Part shown: positions 25,910 through 38,395 of the stretch, in pieces | How the letters are laid out: the number at the start of each line of letters is the position of its first letter | Position numbering within the stretch: the first letter of the stretch is position 1 | From: Neodothiora populina | Taxonomy: Eukaryota | Assembly: GCF_041146345.1 (NCBI RefSeq) | Contig: NW_027191404.1 | Coordinates: 248,001-312,000 of the forward strand | Reading direction: 5' to 3' | Length of the DNA stretch: 64,000 nucleotides | Made by a program: the position numbers and the translations under genes | The notes under the pieces: generated by a model | Told to the model about the DNA's origin: nothing | What the model saw: the letters and a program-made list of their open reading frames with translations, nothing else | The model's database searches: none

Positions 25910-27625
25910 CGTGGTGTTGTTTCGTTATAGTGCTATATAGAGCAGTTGACTCGTGCTGGTATATGACGGAGCTGCAAAGCGGGGATGCGGAGGACCGGGG
26001 AAGCAGCGAAAGTCTGAATTGATGCAGTAAGAGTCAATGGAAGAAGTCTATAAGACAAAGACAAAGAATTGGCCGAGAGTGTTGAATGGATGGTTGAGGA
26101 AAAAGTCGAGGCGGGAGGAAGGGGCAGTATTATTATAGGTACAGATACAGCGGGGATCGAAATTCGTAACGATCATTATTGGCATCTCGATGGCTGCACG
26201 CTCACCTCATGATAAGGTCCCACTGCCCGCCCATGTACAATGACTGCCCGTACTAAACGCAACCCCCTCTGCGACGTCATTAGGCCAAAGACATCGTCTC
26301 CCGTTGTGGGGTGGCTTTCTTATTGTCTTCGTCATCCAATCACAGCTCAGAATCCGGTGATGTGCCAAGAATATACGGATGAAGACATCTCACCAGGCAC
26401 AACACAATAGAATGGGGTACAGAGATCTGCACCCTCACACCTGTGCCTCGTGCTAGTCTAAGGTACTCAATCTGACTATTTGTAGCCTCATGATGACTTT
26501 CAACCCCATAAGATACCACTATTGTGCTCCTAGATGGGTAGGGCAACAGCAGCGCTGCTACTACTCGCGCCGATGCAAGGCTGGGTTTGCTCAACGTGCA
26601 ATCATTCCATCATCTTCCACAAGGGCGTGACACGGCCCACGCGGTGTTCCCAGCGTCAAACCCCACTGCTTTAGCGGACTTCTGCGGGATAACAGATGAG
26701 CCTCATAAGTTGCGCAAATCGAATGTTGCACGACGGTTGACACGCGATACAAGGTGAGACGAAGAGTCAGAACTACCGCATGTTGTGACTACTCTTGTTC
26801 CCGTCGCTGAGCTCACTTCCGCTTCAAGGAGGATCACTGTAGTCGAGCCTGATACACTGTGGGATCGGGAACTGACGTATATCAGGCGATGCTCTCAAAC
26901 ATGTTGTGCCCGACTCTTTGCTAGCGTTGCTACAATAGATAGGCTAATGGACTCGGGTACGTCACAACAACGATGTCTCGATATTGAAATGGCTTTGTCT
27001 TCCACTGGGTACTTGACCCCCTTCTGCCCGAAATTGCCCGCACCACAGTACGACATGTGCAATAGCCCATGTAGGTGATTCGTGGAAAAAGCAGGTTCAA
27101 CTACAAGACCTCTGTTAATCGAGTGCTGAGAAAGGCCTTACAACCTCTCTCTATAACCGCGACTCCACTTTATGTATTACCGTCCCCGCTTGAACTGATC
27201 CGTGATACTCTGTTATCATTGCATCTCGATGATTATGCGTCCACATTGCGGTCACTTGACTAGAACACAGTACAGTCCCCGCGGCATCTAATGTAGTATA
27301 TCGGCGATTAAGTAGGACGATGGTTATGCGCCTTGCTGATTATTCAGTAGTGTCTGATTGACACATCACAGTGCTTATACTTTGCGATTCGACGTCACCC
27401 CACGGGTCCCACTTTCTGGCATTGCACGGCAAGCAAAGTCAACTTGGGAAGACTGTTTGACACATGAAAGGTAGGTGTTTCTTGATCCCTACCTCGAAAT
27501 CTCCCTAGTCCATTCTCCCGTATTATCAACAGCTGCGTGGATATTCTCCTGGTCTCCGACAGGCATTTGATCAACATTATATCCAAGCAATCACATCCAT
27601 TGTAACATCTGCTCATCAAATCGTC

Positions 27626-28801
27626 CTAATGCTCTGGCTGTGAAGACACGACCAGGCTATCGCACCATGCCGAAGTCTCCTTGTCCAGCAGAACACTTCT
27701 CTTGTATGAAGGCATCTTGGGGTGCGTGGTTTTGAATCGAGGAACGAACCCAGCTTCTGTAATTGCCGGAGGATAGTCGTCCGTGGCCTCTTTGGAGGGC
27801 ACATAAGGGTACGATGGCCGGGAAAAAGTGCGGTAATCTTTCACACCTGGGAACCCTGTAGCTATGTTGAGCATTGGTCCGCCCTGCAAAGACTGCTCAA
27901 GCATTCTCTGGTTCATGCGTTCAACGAAGTGCTCCCAATATGCCAACTCAAGCCTCAAGCAGGCATTCAAGCTCTCCAAACCAAAGAAGTCATCACGAGC
28001 TGATTTATTGGACCGGATCGCCTTGGATCTGATGCCGTCAGGATGAGCAACCAGTTGATCGTCATCGCCATCACAGTTGGCGGCATCGCATTCTGCTGGA
28101 AGCCGACAGCTAATAAAGTCCAAGACTTCATGCAATTTCCTGACCTTGTCGACTGCTGGCGAACTGTACCAGACAATATAGTTCGGTCTCGTCTGCCCCA
28201 AGGCGTCGCCAGTCTCTCTACTGTACCACTTGCTCAATTCACTTACTCCCGTGAACTCTCGGTGTCTGACCCGACCCGCGCGACACCGACCAGCTTCGAT
28301 GACGCAACTAAAGTAAGCCATCTCCCGAAGGATTGTCCAGTGATACAGACTCAAAACGCCACCGCCATGAGCGTCAAATTTTTCACACGAGGCGACATAG
28401 TCCTCCGGCTCTTGCCACGGCTGATACCATTCCCGACCAGTCTTCCAGTGCTTGGCTATAAGTTGACCCCAAGTCAGTGACCTCTGCGCAAAGATTCCTT
28501 CGAAGAGGTGGCACCAATTCGTGCTGAAGAGTCCAAGAATGTCGAGGATGTCATGAATGAACAGTCTTTTATCCTCGAAGCAGTCGCCTGCAATGCGATC
28601 TCCGTGCTCAAATATTCCACTCAGAGGTTCAGTCCTCGATGTCGGAGCGTGAGTAAAGAGAAACACAAAGATGGTTTGAACAATCAGGTTTTCATACTGT
28701 AACATTTCTTTGCGGCAGTCGAGCAAGTCTTCGGTCGGCTCCATTGTGATATTACAGGGTGATTCGACGGTAAGTATTGGGTCTCCTGGCAATTGCGACA
28801 T
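27626..28801 (-). CDS. Hypothetical protein, 391 aa (possibly continuing past the TAG to 27395)
   Basis: Long single ORF with globular, Trp/Cys-containing composition; no family recognised. Confidence 0.65.
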   Translation of the reverse strand: MSQLPGDPILTVESPCNITMEPTEDLLDCRKEMLQYENLIVQTIFVFLFTHAPTSRTEPLSGIFEHGDRIAGDCFEDKRLFIHDILDILGLFSTNWCHLFEGIFAQRSLTWGQLIAKHWKTGREWYQPWQEPEDYVASCEKFDAHGGGVLSLYHWTILREMAYFSCVIEAGRCRAGRVRHREFTGVSELSKWYSRETGDALGQTRPNYIVWYSSPAVDKVRKLHEVLDFISCRLPAECDAANCDGDDDQLVAHPDGIRSKAIRSNKSARDDFFGLESLNACLRLELAYWEHFVERMNQRMLEQSLQGGPMLNIATGFPGVKDYRTFSRPSYPYVPSKEATDDYPPAITEAGFVPRFKTTHPKMPSYKRSVLLDKETSAWCDSLVVSSQPEH

Positions 28802-29354
28802 CGATACTCCAAGCGGATGTTCGAGTCGGCTCGATATTATGAGCGTGAGATCCCTCTAGTAAGTCACAAGAGTCTGTTTGTCGTTTCTTTATTCTTATGA
28901 TCATGTATTGCTTCACTGTCCTGGGTAGAGCCGTAATGTGTTTCCTAAGATGTTCAGGAAGATCATCGTGATTCCCAGTTGGATCCAACTTATGTATACA
29001 AGCACAAGGAGCAAAAGACTTTTATGGCTTCAACACGCTTTTGCTCTGGATATGTCTCACGGCGCCAGACGATTCGACGACATCCGGTGAGGCCCAAAGG
29101 CTTGTTGTAGTCTCACCGGACTCGAGGTGGACACATCTGCAGGCTTATTGCGAGGTCACTACAGCTTCTTGTGGGTGAAGGACAATCCCTACAACAAACC
29201 GCGGGCAAGATACACAAGTATATAATGATCTGTGTCGAGTCATTCATCATGGTGTTCGTATCATATATCATCGGCAAGTCCAAGTCTCCAATCGTACTCG
29301 GCAGGCATCAGAACATCACTATTACCACTTTATCACATCCAGCATATTCTGAAC

Positions 29355-30516
29355 ATGTCTCCTTCCGGCAATACCAGCAAATGCCACAACATGACAACAC
29401 GCTCCCCCGACAAACGCAAGGGCGTGTTTCCCAGCCGCCGCGAAACAGAAGACAACATGCCTGCACCCAAGAAGGCGCGCATCACTCTCCGCTTTAGCAA
29501 ACGCAAGTCTGCTGAGCTAAGCTCCCCTCCTCTCCCTGTTTCTTCTTCCTCTTCCTCTTCCGACCCCGCTCCTACTCCAGCTTCTGCCTCTGCCTCTGGG
29601 GCAGACAACAGCGAGCCAGTGCGCAAGAAGCAATGCACGAAACCAGGCCTGTCCGAAGAGACCCTCGAGGAAAGCCACAGCGTCGCAGCGAGCCTTACTC
29701 AGATGTCGAGAACTCTGACCGCCTACGACGCAGCGCAAGCCCACGCCATCAAAAGACATCCGCACGGCCTCCAGCCGCATCCAATCTCTGCGCTCAGCTG
29801 CTGCGACCAAGCAACCAGGAAGGCCCAGCCCGGAGAACGCCACTACGTCAGACCATCCCAGCAGGCCCTTCAACCTAGAGACAGACTCGCCCTACTCATG
29901 GTCTGCACCAGAGATCTCGCACGACACCTGGCCCGCGACCACAGGCGCCGCACGCGGAGGCAGCTACGTATGGGCAGACACGCAGACGACGCCCGAAGCC
30001 GGGGCATCCATCGCCACGCCCGCGCCACTCCCGAGTCATCTCGTCGGCTACCCTGGATATTGGACATGGAGCCTGACGCCGGCGCTGGGCTCGGTCTTCG
30101 CTCTGCCTGAAGCTAGTAGTTCGCCTCTGGGGCTGCAGAAGAAGGAGAAGGCGCCTAGAAATATCGATAATTGGGCGTTTCACCATAGGGATGTGGCTGC
30201 GGATGCGAAGGTCAGGGCGAGAGAGCAGAGGGAGTGGTTGCGCGAGGAGGCACAAGCCGGGCAGAGGAGAGCTGCTGACGAGGTGGAGCCTGCTGCACTT
30301 GCGTTGCTACATGCTGCTGGTGCTGGTGTTGCTCCTGGAAGCGGACGGTCAACGAGGAGGCGGATACGTGGCGAGGACAGGACGCCGCCGCAGAGTAAGG
30401 AAGAGGCAAAGGCGAAGGGGAAGCCGAAGCTGGTGGTGCATACTCAGCAGAGCGTTTTGGCTGGATTCTTGGGGCTTTCGGAGGCTGAGGTTAAGGAGCA
30501 GATGAGGGAGGTATGA
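29355..30516 (+). CDS. Hypothetical low-complexity, probably nuclear protein with an internal frameshift
   Basis: ATG 29355 frame has NLS-like PKKARI and RKKQ; the +1 frame is open from ~29720 to TGA 30516 and reads as protein. The junction is plausibly the A4 at 29751-29754. Confidence 0.5.
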
Positions 30517-30939
30517 GTTGAATGTATGGGTGCAATTGCCGACGGTATGATGGAGTAAAGCATAGGACTTCACTACTCACTGAGCGCCACGTATTTTTAT
30601 CCAGCGTGAAGTTTTAAACGACATTACGGATCCGAGCATATAAGCCCGACAGTATGTCTCAGTACACGTCTCTCCTCTAAGTGTTCCATTCATGATCATT
30701 ACTAGAACGAGCCCTGCTGTGCGTGTTCAATGATAGGAACTAAAGTGTTCGTCGGGAGTGGACAGGGTCCGCCTCGCGTCACCTACATGAAAGTGCAAGA
30801 TTGTGAAGAAGCACCTCACCGCACCACACGCAAAAGGCTGTCGTATTGTACAGTATCTTCATTCATCTCAAATGTTCGAAGGCTCAGACAAAAAACAGTG
30901 AACAAAAGGGAATCAGGCAAGCGATGTAATTGTAGGAAT

Positions 30940-31022
30940 AGCCGAAGGCGGGGCTCGAACCCGCGACCTTGAGGTTGTCTCTTCATAAGAGCCACACGCT
31001 CTACCGATTGAGCTACCCCGGC
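30940..31022 (-). tRNA. tRNA-Lys(CTT) with a 10-nt intron
   Basis: Reverse complement GCCGGGGTAGCTCAATCGGTAGAGCGTGTGGCTCTTA[TGAAGAGACA]ACCTCAAGGTCGCGGGTTCGAGCCCCGCCTTCGGCT: acceptor stem, D arm, CTT anticodon and GTTCGA T-loop. Confidence 0.93.
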
Positions 31023-32943
31023 AAGGTCTGATCAAGATAGTCGCTCTAAGAGGACTGGCTGCTTGCTTGATGACTCAGCGCTGGATTGTTGTGTATATAT
31101 ATGCTGCGATGGAGGCTTTGCAAAGACGAAGTCAATTCGATCAGCAAAGAGCAACAGCCCCAATTGGCCTATGATCGAGCCTGTCGCTGACATGGCGAAA
31201 GCAAGTACAGCCAGCTCATGAAGTGTACGTGCGTCTATCCGATCAGAACTGGTCGAATCTCGCCTTCATACATACCCTATGGGCATTAGCGTCTGTCACC
31301 TGAGGGTGACTCCAGCAGCTCTGTTGTGAGGAGGTTATCGCTACGCACGGATACGCGCGTGCAATCGTAGGAGTGATGCGCAGCTGTAAAATATCGGAAT
31401 CGCTTGAGTGTGGTGGGATGAACCAATTAAATGGATACAACGACGGGTCGAACCATCCATGGTGCTGGAAGGATGTTCAGCAGGGCCTGTTGATTCCTGC
31501 TTGCTCGACCGTGATTTGTCTCGAGTCGAGGGCCATTAGATGCCTTTATGGGTTTGCGACATCGCTGCTGAACGCTGCACCGCCATTTCTCGAGCTTCAA
31601 TTACCTGTTGGTTGTCCATCTAGCTGAAAGCCTCATAAACTTGTGTTGCGCACACGCCCCACAATCAATAAGTCTATGAGGCGTCCAAGTGTGCACCAGA
31701 AAGCGAGCTGTGACAGCTACGAAATAAAGCCACTGGCTGGTCTGGAGTCTATATATGCTAGAAACGTATGAAGGGGTAATTAGCTCATGATTGCACTTCG
31801 GAAACACATGATTCCGCATGTGGATTGTCACTGCTCAATACTGGGATCATGTGGGTCGTTCTCGACCTGGATCGGTCAAGGACTGGGCTGGTTATCATAC
31901 GATGGTTATCACACACCGCAGGGCGAGCTGGAGCAGCAAGCACTGCCGAGCAGTGGGTGGAAGTAGGTGCATTTCTGGGACAGTAGAGAATGGATCTGCA
32001 AGGGCACCCAATATATGAAGCTTGGCATATAAGAAGGGCGTGGGGGCCTTCTTGCTCGCGTTCGAGTACGAAAAGAGGCAGCGACAGAGGAAAGGAGGCT
32101 TTGTAGGATCGGTTTAGTACACCTGATGGCTTTCGGACAAAGGGTCGGCTGCATTTGTGTCGTTTGTGGGAGCGCCGACTTCGCATTCTAATTGACTCGA
32201 TTGAGATAATGCAAATGGCTCTCTTGTACGAGAATAATGGTACTGTACAGAGCGCAAAGAAGAGGAATGGAGACGGTACAAGCGAGCTCAGGCCAAGATG
32301 AGTGACGCGCGTGGGTCGATGCCACCGTTTCCGCAGCTTCCCCAGTGCACCCGGAGTTTGGATGGGAATCGTGGATGAGAATGGAAGGGGCTCCACTAAA
32401 CTTGTACTTGTACTTGTACAGCACCCCTCGACGTCATAGGTTGAGAGCTCCTGCGCTCCTGCAGGTGTTCGTTCGCGTCAAGTGAGGAAGGAACAAAAAG
32501 AAAACTCCTTTTGTCTCATCGCTTTCCTGAAAATCTTTCATCTCTCCTCACAAGTCCATATTCTAAACTCTATTGGAATTCAGGATCAATACCATTGGTA
32601 CGTTGTCATGAATTGGTGTTTTACCCAGTTGTTTTATTCCTGAAATTCTACTGTTTTCTGATTTGTGCTTGTTGTTCACTTTATCTGATTTCCAAAACAC
32701 CCTTGTATCAGCAAGTCTACCAGCATGACTAGCTGTGACAATACTGTACCTTTTGTCACCCTGACGTTTTTTCCTGTCACTAGTCATTTCACTTTTCATG
32801 CATTGTTAAAATCACCATTCACTTGAACTTCTTTGACAGCAAAAGGCGACTTTCAGGCGCTCCACAGACCACATACATAGACACGCCTGAGGCTTACAGA
32901 ACTCATCAGATCACACAGTAATCCATCAGACACAACCGCAGAA

Positions 32944-34203
32944 ATGTTCAAGACAAGCCTTCTCAAGCAGGCTTCCCGCGCCGCTACTGCAGCTCGCCCG
33001 GCCTCGATTGCCAGCCGCGCAATTCCCTCAGTTGTCTGCTCACGCGGACTCAGCACAAGCCAGGCTCTCCGCCGCACAGAGGACGAGAAGGATGATCTGC
33101 CACAAGAAAAGGGGGAGCACGTCGGAACTCACTCTCGAACGGATAACCGCATTGCGATCCCCTTCGATGAGGAGACGCAGCCTGAGCAGAAGCCCGTCCA
33201 GGGTCGCGGTGCCTTCCGTGAGTAGTCTCTGTAGCAACAGTGTACGAAACATCAACGCTGACCTCTTGCCAGACTTCAAGCGCACCCTCGCCTCTTTCTC
33301 GCTCGAGGGAAAGACGGGTATTGTCACTGGAGGTGCTCGCGGACTCGGACTCGTCATGTCCCAGGCACTGGTAGTCAGTGGTGCAAGCGTCGCCATTGTC
33401 GATCTCAACAGTATGTCTCCGGTACATGCAGCAGCTTCATCAGTAGACGTGAGCTGACCACAGGCGCGTAGAGGATGAGGCAGTCAAGCAGGCAGATATC
33501 CTCATGAAGCAGTTCCGCGACGAGAACCCCGGAGCCGAGAAGTCAGTAGTCTCCATGAATGCAACTTGACAACCAAGCCACTGACACAGAGAGCAGCGTC
33601 CCCCTTGTCACCGGTCACTACTGCAACGTCGCCGACCCCGATTCCGTCAACAGCGTCATCGAGGAAGTCATCGCCAAGCACGGAAAGATTGATAACCTCG
33701 TCACCTCTGCCGGATTCACCGAGAACTTCGATGCCATCGCCTACCCCTACGACCGCATAAAGAAGCTGTGGGGCGTCAACGTCGACGGCACCTACCTGTT
33801 CGCCACCGGCGTCGCCAGACATCTTATGGAGAGAAAGAGCCCCGGAAGCATGGTCTTCATTGGCAGCATGTCCGGTGCCATTGTCAACGTTCCCCAGCCT
33901 CAGGCACCCTACAACGCCTCCAAGGCCGCTGTCCGTCACCTCGGCCGCTCTTTCGCCGTTGAGTGGGCGCACGCAGGCATCCGTGTCAACTGCATCGAGC
34001 CTGGTTACATGCTGACTGCCCTCACTGAGCACATTCTCAACGAGAACCCCGAGCTCGGCCAGAAGTGGACCAGCCTGATCCCTCAGGGCAAGATGGGTCG
34101 TCCCTCTGACCTCATGGGCCCCGTTGCCTTCCTCTGCAGCGACGCTTCCGGCTACATGACCGGTGCAGAGCTCCGTGTTGACGGCGGCTACACTTGCACT
34201 TAG
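32944..34203 (+). CDS. Short-chain dehydrogenase/reductase, D-arabinitol 2-dehydrogenase/polyol dehydrogenase-like, with mitochondrial presequence
   Basis: TGGARGLG, LVTSAG, GSMSG, YNASK, VNCIEPG, VDGGY; Arg/Ser/Ala-rich N-terminus; introns 33218-33272, 33411-33471 and 33542-33596. Confidence 0.92.
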
Positions 34204-34985
34204 ATTTCGACACGGTGCAGATCTTAACGACAGAACGCTTCCATACATGAAGCGGACGATGTACTATACCACAAACATAGCATTTGGCGAGGGCCGGATA
34301 CCACATCTGCTTTACAACACGATAACGATGTCTCTGCTCAAGGCGTTTCAGCATCGCGGACAAAGCGCGTGGGGATACGCCGGTGCCATATGGCGGATTA
34401 CGTAGATTGGCTGAGATACCTTGCGACCAGCATAATGAATGATTTTTTCCAAGTTAGAAATTCCCACATTCTTCGGCTGTTGCCACGGCTCCATTGCAGC
34501 GCTGCATTCGCGTCCAGGAGAGCATCCTGAACAGAACCCTGGAGTGACTGCTGGAGTGCATGGAGTAATCGTGGAACTTTGCGGGAAGGTACGCGTACCC
34601 CGCGAGCATATTACTTCGAGGTACGTCTTGGTATACCTCTGTACATCTACCATGTCGAGCATGTATGCCTCAACCTCCTCCCCTGGACGGCGATGTCATG
34701 CTTCACGAGCTCTTGATCCATGTCAGGACAGGTGAGGTATTGGACCACAAGGGAGACTGTATGTGCTTGTGGCTCAGCGATCCTCCGTATGCTCTGGGCT
34801 CATCCCATGACATCTTCATGAAAATCAACCAAGTCCTTTTTCGGAAGCCATCCCTATCTGAAGCTATGACCTGAGAGACCTACTGCATACAGTATATGTG
34901 CTGCCATCTGCAAGCCTCTCCTTGAGCAAAGCTTAGGTAGCTACACCGATCATCTCTCCCAGCCTATGATATCAGAAGTCCAAAC

Positions 34986-35438
34986 ATGGACACTGCACAA
35001 TTACAGCCTGCTATGATTGACCACTCGTGTGTGCGCGTGTCGACGACTGAGGTAGATTCGCCTCCTCGCGCTGCAGTAGCATTGCAATCATCGCCATTGA
35101 AATCAATATCATCACCAACAACAACGCTAAAAACTATTCAGTTTCCGGCGATGAGCCTGTCACGAATGGAGACAACATCACTGCATGACACGGTCTCGAG
35201 CCAGAGAAGAAACAACGACAATGATACCTACACATCATCTTCACAAACTATCCTTCCGATAAAACCAGGAAAGATTAGTCCTCCATACCCTGATCGAGCT
35301 GAGTCGTTTGGCCAACGCTCACACCTGGGCAAGAGACGGCCGGCGTTGACATCAGAACAGAGGACCGGATCCGGCGTCATGAGGGACGTGGTGTTTTACG
35401 CTTTGGACGCCGAGGAGAGGGAGACTGGGTGGACGTGA
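34986..35438 (+). CDS. Possible hypothetical protein or exon (Ser/Thr/Pro-rich)
   Basis: 150-aa ATG ORF in AAACATGG context that ends on a GTGAGT donor-like site; no motifs. Confidence 0.3.
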   Translation: MDTAQLQPAMIDHSCVRVSTTEVDSPPRAAVALQSSPLKSISSPTTTLKTIQFPAMSLSRMETTSLHDTVSSQRRNNDNDTYTSSSQTILPIKPGKISPPYPDRAESFGQRSHLGKRRPALTSEQRTGSGVMRDVVFYALDAEERETGWT

Positions 35439-36508
35439 GTATTTGCAAGAGCTTATACGACGGTGTGCCTTGTTGCCAGCAGAGAGCGACAGTGGCTGTG
35501 TTTATCAGTTGACACAAGCTGGCTGGCTGGCTGTGGAGACCCGCAAACACATCAAGCACGAACATTTGTCAGTCTTGTGCAGTTTTTGTGTATCTAGGAA
35601 TGATGACGACAGCGGGATGTGACGTGTGTTTTTCTCTCGATTCCGACGAATGTCGAGCAGCGGGATTGAAGATATTGATTGCTTCCGAGATGCGTTGGCC
35701 ATCCTGTACCTGAACAAGTGCATAAATGTTGATCCCGAAATAGATCTATTGAGATAACTTCGCACGAGATATGTCGGGTCAAATGTACCCGGATAGCCTT
35801 CGACCTATGTGAGGTGAGGTAATTGAGCAAAAGAGATCGAGGAACAGACGGTCAGCTCGCTATAGAACAAATGATAGATTAGCGATCTCAACCTCCGTAT
35901 ATATATCCTCGAGGCGCAGTATGGACTTTGCATAGAGAGGTGGAGACGAGTATGGCCTACCCGTGTGCTGCACCTTGTTTGAGATTGGCTGAGACCTAAG
36001 CCGCCGCAACGTGCACGCCTTGGCGGGACAGATCTGCAGGCGGCAAGCGCCAAAGCGTGGCCTTGTCCAATCTGTTGATCGACACTGAAAGATTATTATT
36101 ATCTCCAAAACAGGTACGGACGGCTATCTGTACCTGGCAAACCACTTGACTCTGGCGTAGCGCTTTGCTCTCGATCTTTTTGTTTTCTTTGCGAAATCTC
36201 TCCCGTTTGCCCATCGCTTGCATTCACGATCGTTTCCAGTGTTCGATTCGTATTATGGCGTGCTGAAAGAACTTCAAAACCTTGTACATTTGATATTCTC
36301 CACCGTTGCGGCTGAAGTCTAATATTGATATTCCTCGATTCTCAACGAGTTTAATATTGGCTCGACTTTGTGTTCTCAAACACCTTTCGTATCCCGGAGA
36401 ATCGCGGCATATATTCTATTGCATGTTCTACGCTCGTTGATCCTTGCCACTTCTTATCCCACTACTTGCATTGTTTTTATCATCATCATCATCGTCTTTA
36501 TATTCCTC

Positions 36509-37761
36509 ATGATGCACTCCCTACATCTGGCACTGCTGTTGCCCGCAGTTGCAACCCTAGCGACTGCCGCGACTTCCTCTGGCTGCGGCAAAGTTTCACC
36601 GTACAAAATCGACAAATTGACCAACGATAACATCGAATCTGGGGGAGACAAGAGGACCTTTCTCATCAACTTGCCGAATGGTTATGATAGCAACACCGCT
36701 GCGCCCCTGATATTCTCGTTCCATGGAAATGGCGGGAACGCCTTGGCGCAGTCGAACACTGATTATTTCACCAATGAGACATGGAATCCAAACTCCATTG
36801 TTGTATATCCTGATGGAATAACCGTACGTATCGTCTCTATAAAATGTGCTATACGTCGACGCGTCCGCTCGCCGGCTGTTAGTGTATAAGTGGATATCGT
36901 GTATTGACATTTGATCTCTTCTCCTAGGGCTGGACTGGTGCTCCTTATCACAACGATAAATATGACGACGTTTTGTTCACGGCGGACATGCTCGACCAGC
37001 TATCGTCAGACCTCTGTATCGACACAAACCGAGTCTACTGCGCCGGAAAGTCCATAGGCGGCGGCTTTTGCAATGTGCTAGCATGTGACGACAAAATGTC
37101 CGCCTCCATTGCAGCAATCGCTCCAGTGTCCGGGGCCTTTTACACGACTCCCTCGGACAGCTCATTCAGCTCCAACTGCAAACCAGCTCATCAAATGCCC
37201 ATCCTCGAGTTCCACGGCCAAGACGACCCCATCATCCCCTACGACGGTGGCAAAATCAACGGCGTCGACCTGCCCGCGATCGGCGAATGGGCCCAGGACT
37301 GGACCCAAGCAGACGGCTGCGCCTCGAACCCCTCTCCCCAAAACGAGCATCTGAACAACAGCAAAGTCATGCTGGCCCAGTACTCGTGCAACGGCAGCAC
37401 CAACGTCGTCTCGCACTATTCCATCGACGGCCTCGGCCACACTTGGCCCAGCACGGAGTACAACCTCGAGAACTTCGGCGTCGGCACTTATCTCGATGCT
37501 TCGCCGCTTATCCTTGATTTCTTTAGCAAGTGGTCGTTGGAGGACAATGCTTCGAGCCCGTCGTCGTCGTCTTCGTCATCGTCGGCTTCGAGCACGGCGA
37601 CGGCGACCTCGTCTGGGTCTGGTGGATCGTCTTCGGCTTCGGCTTCGGCTTCGGCTACCTCGAGCGCTTCGAGTTCTTCTTCGAGCGGAGGCGCTGCGTC
37701 TGCTGCGACAGCGTTCCCTGGTCTTGTGGGAGCGCTCGCTTTTGGTGTAATATTGTTGTAG
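36509..37761 (+). CDS. Carbohydrate esterase family 1-type (feruloyl esterase-like) alpha/beta hydrolase with Ser-rich stalk and GPI-like tail
   Basis: Signal peptide; SSGCGK, PLIFSFHG, GKSIGGG nucleophile, FHGQDD, GHTWP; intron 36824-36927; C-terminus GGAASAATAFPGLVGALAFGVILL. Confidence 0.9.
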
Positions 37762-38292
37762 ATATCACCTCCTTCTCTTCTCTTGTTCTTTTTCCTCTCA
37801 CGTTGTCTTAGAAATTCATATACAACCGCCCATATAGACTGTCAGGTTCACTACGTATAAATAGAGACGGATTATAGAAACCTCTTCTTCTTTTTTCTAA
37901 CCCTTTGATTGCATTTCTATTTTAGTTTATTCGAAAACCTCCTTCTTGTGTGTGGTGTATAATCCAGATGTTTTCCCCATGCATAAAAAAAGAAAAGGGA
38001 AATAACAACAAATGAAACATTAAAACTAAGACATGGGGAAAAGGTGAAGAAGCTGGATATGACGAAAAGAAAAAGACCAGCAATTCATTCCCATCCCTCT
38101 GTCTCAGACGAGCCTTGTTTGGCAGAAGAACCTCCCCGTGACTTTCTGCACATTGAAACTGATACAGCCGAAGGAGAGTTCACAGTCCAGCCCTCACAGC
38201 CCTCGATCTGCAAATCCATACCCAGCCCAGACCCAGAGTCAGGACCAGACGACAACGGCAGGGAAGTATCGAATAGCCATTTTGCCTCCATC

Positions 38293-38395
38293 CAGTCGAG
38301 TCGAGTCCAGTTCGGTCCAGTCTAGTCGAGTCCAGGTCCGACGATATCATGTACGCCGAACGCACTGCACTGCAATGCGATGTACTGCAATGTGA
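38293..38395. repeat. Degenerate pentanucleotide microsatellites (AGTCG/AGTCC, then ACTGC/AATGC)
   Basis: agtcgagtcgagtccagttcggtccagtctagtcgagtccaggtccg followed by actgcactgcaatgcgatgtactgcaatgt. Confidence 0.7.

Noticed and set aside
31785..32396. 203-aa minus-strand ORF
   Set aside because: GTG start, no motifs, lies in the SDR promoter region.
34201..34227. Readthrough or PTS1 after the SDR stop (also checked for the amidohydrolase, Fic and helicase genes)
   Set aside because: Stop contexts are not TGA-CT and no in-frame PTS1 was seen downstream.
33502..34248. 248-aa minus-strand ORF
   Set aside because: Antisense shadow of the SDR gene.
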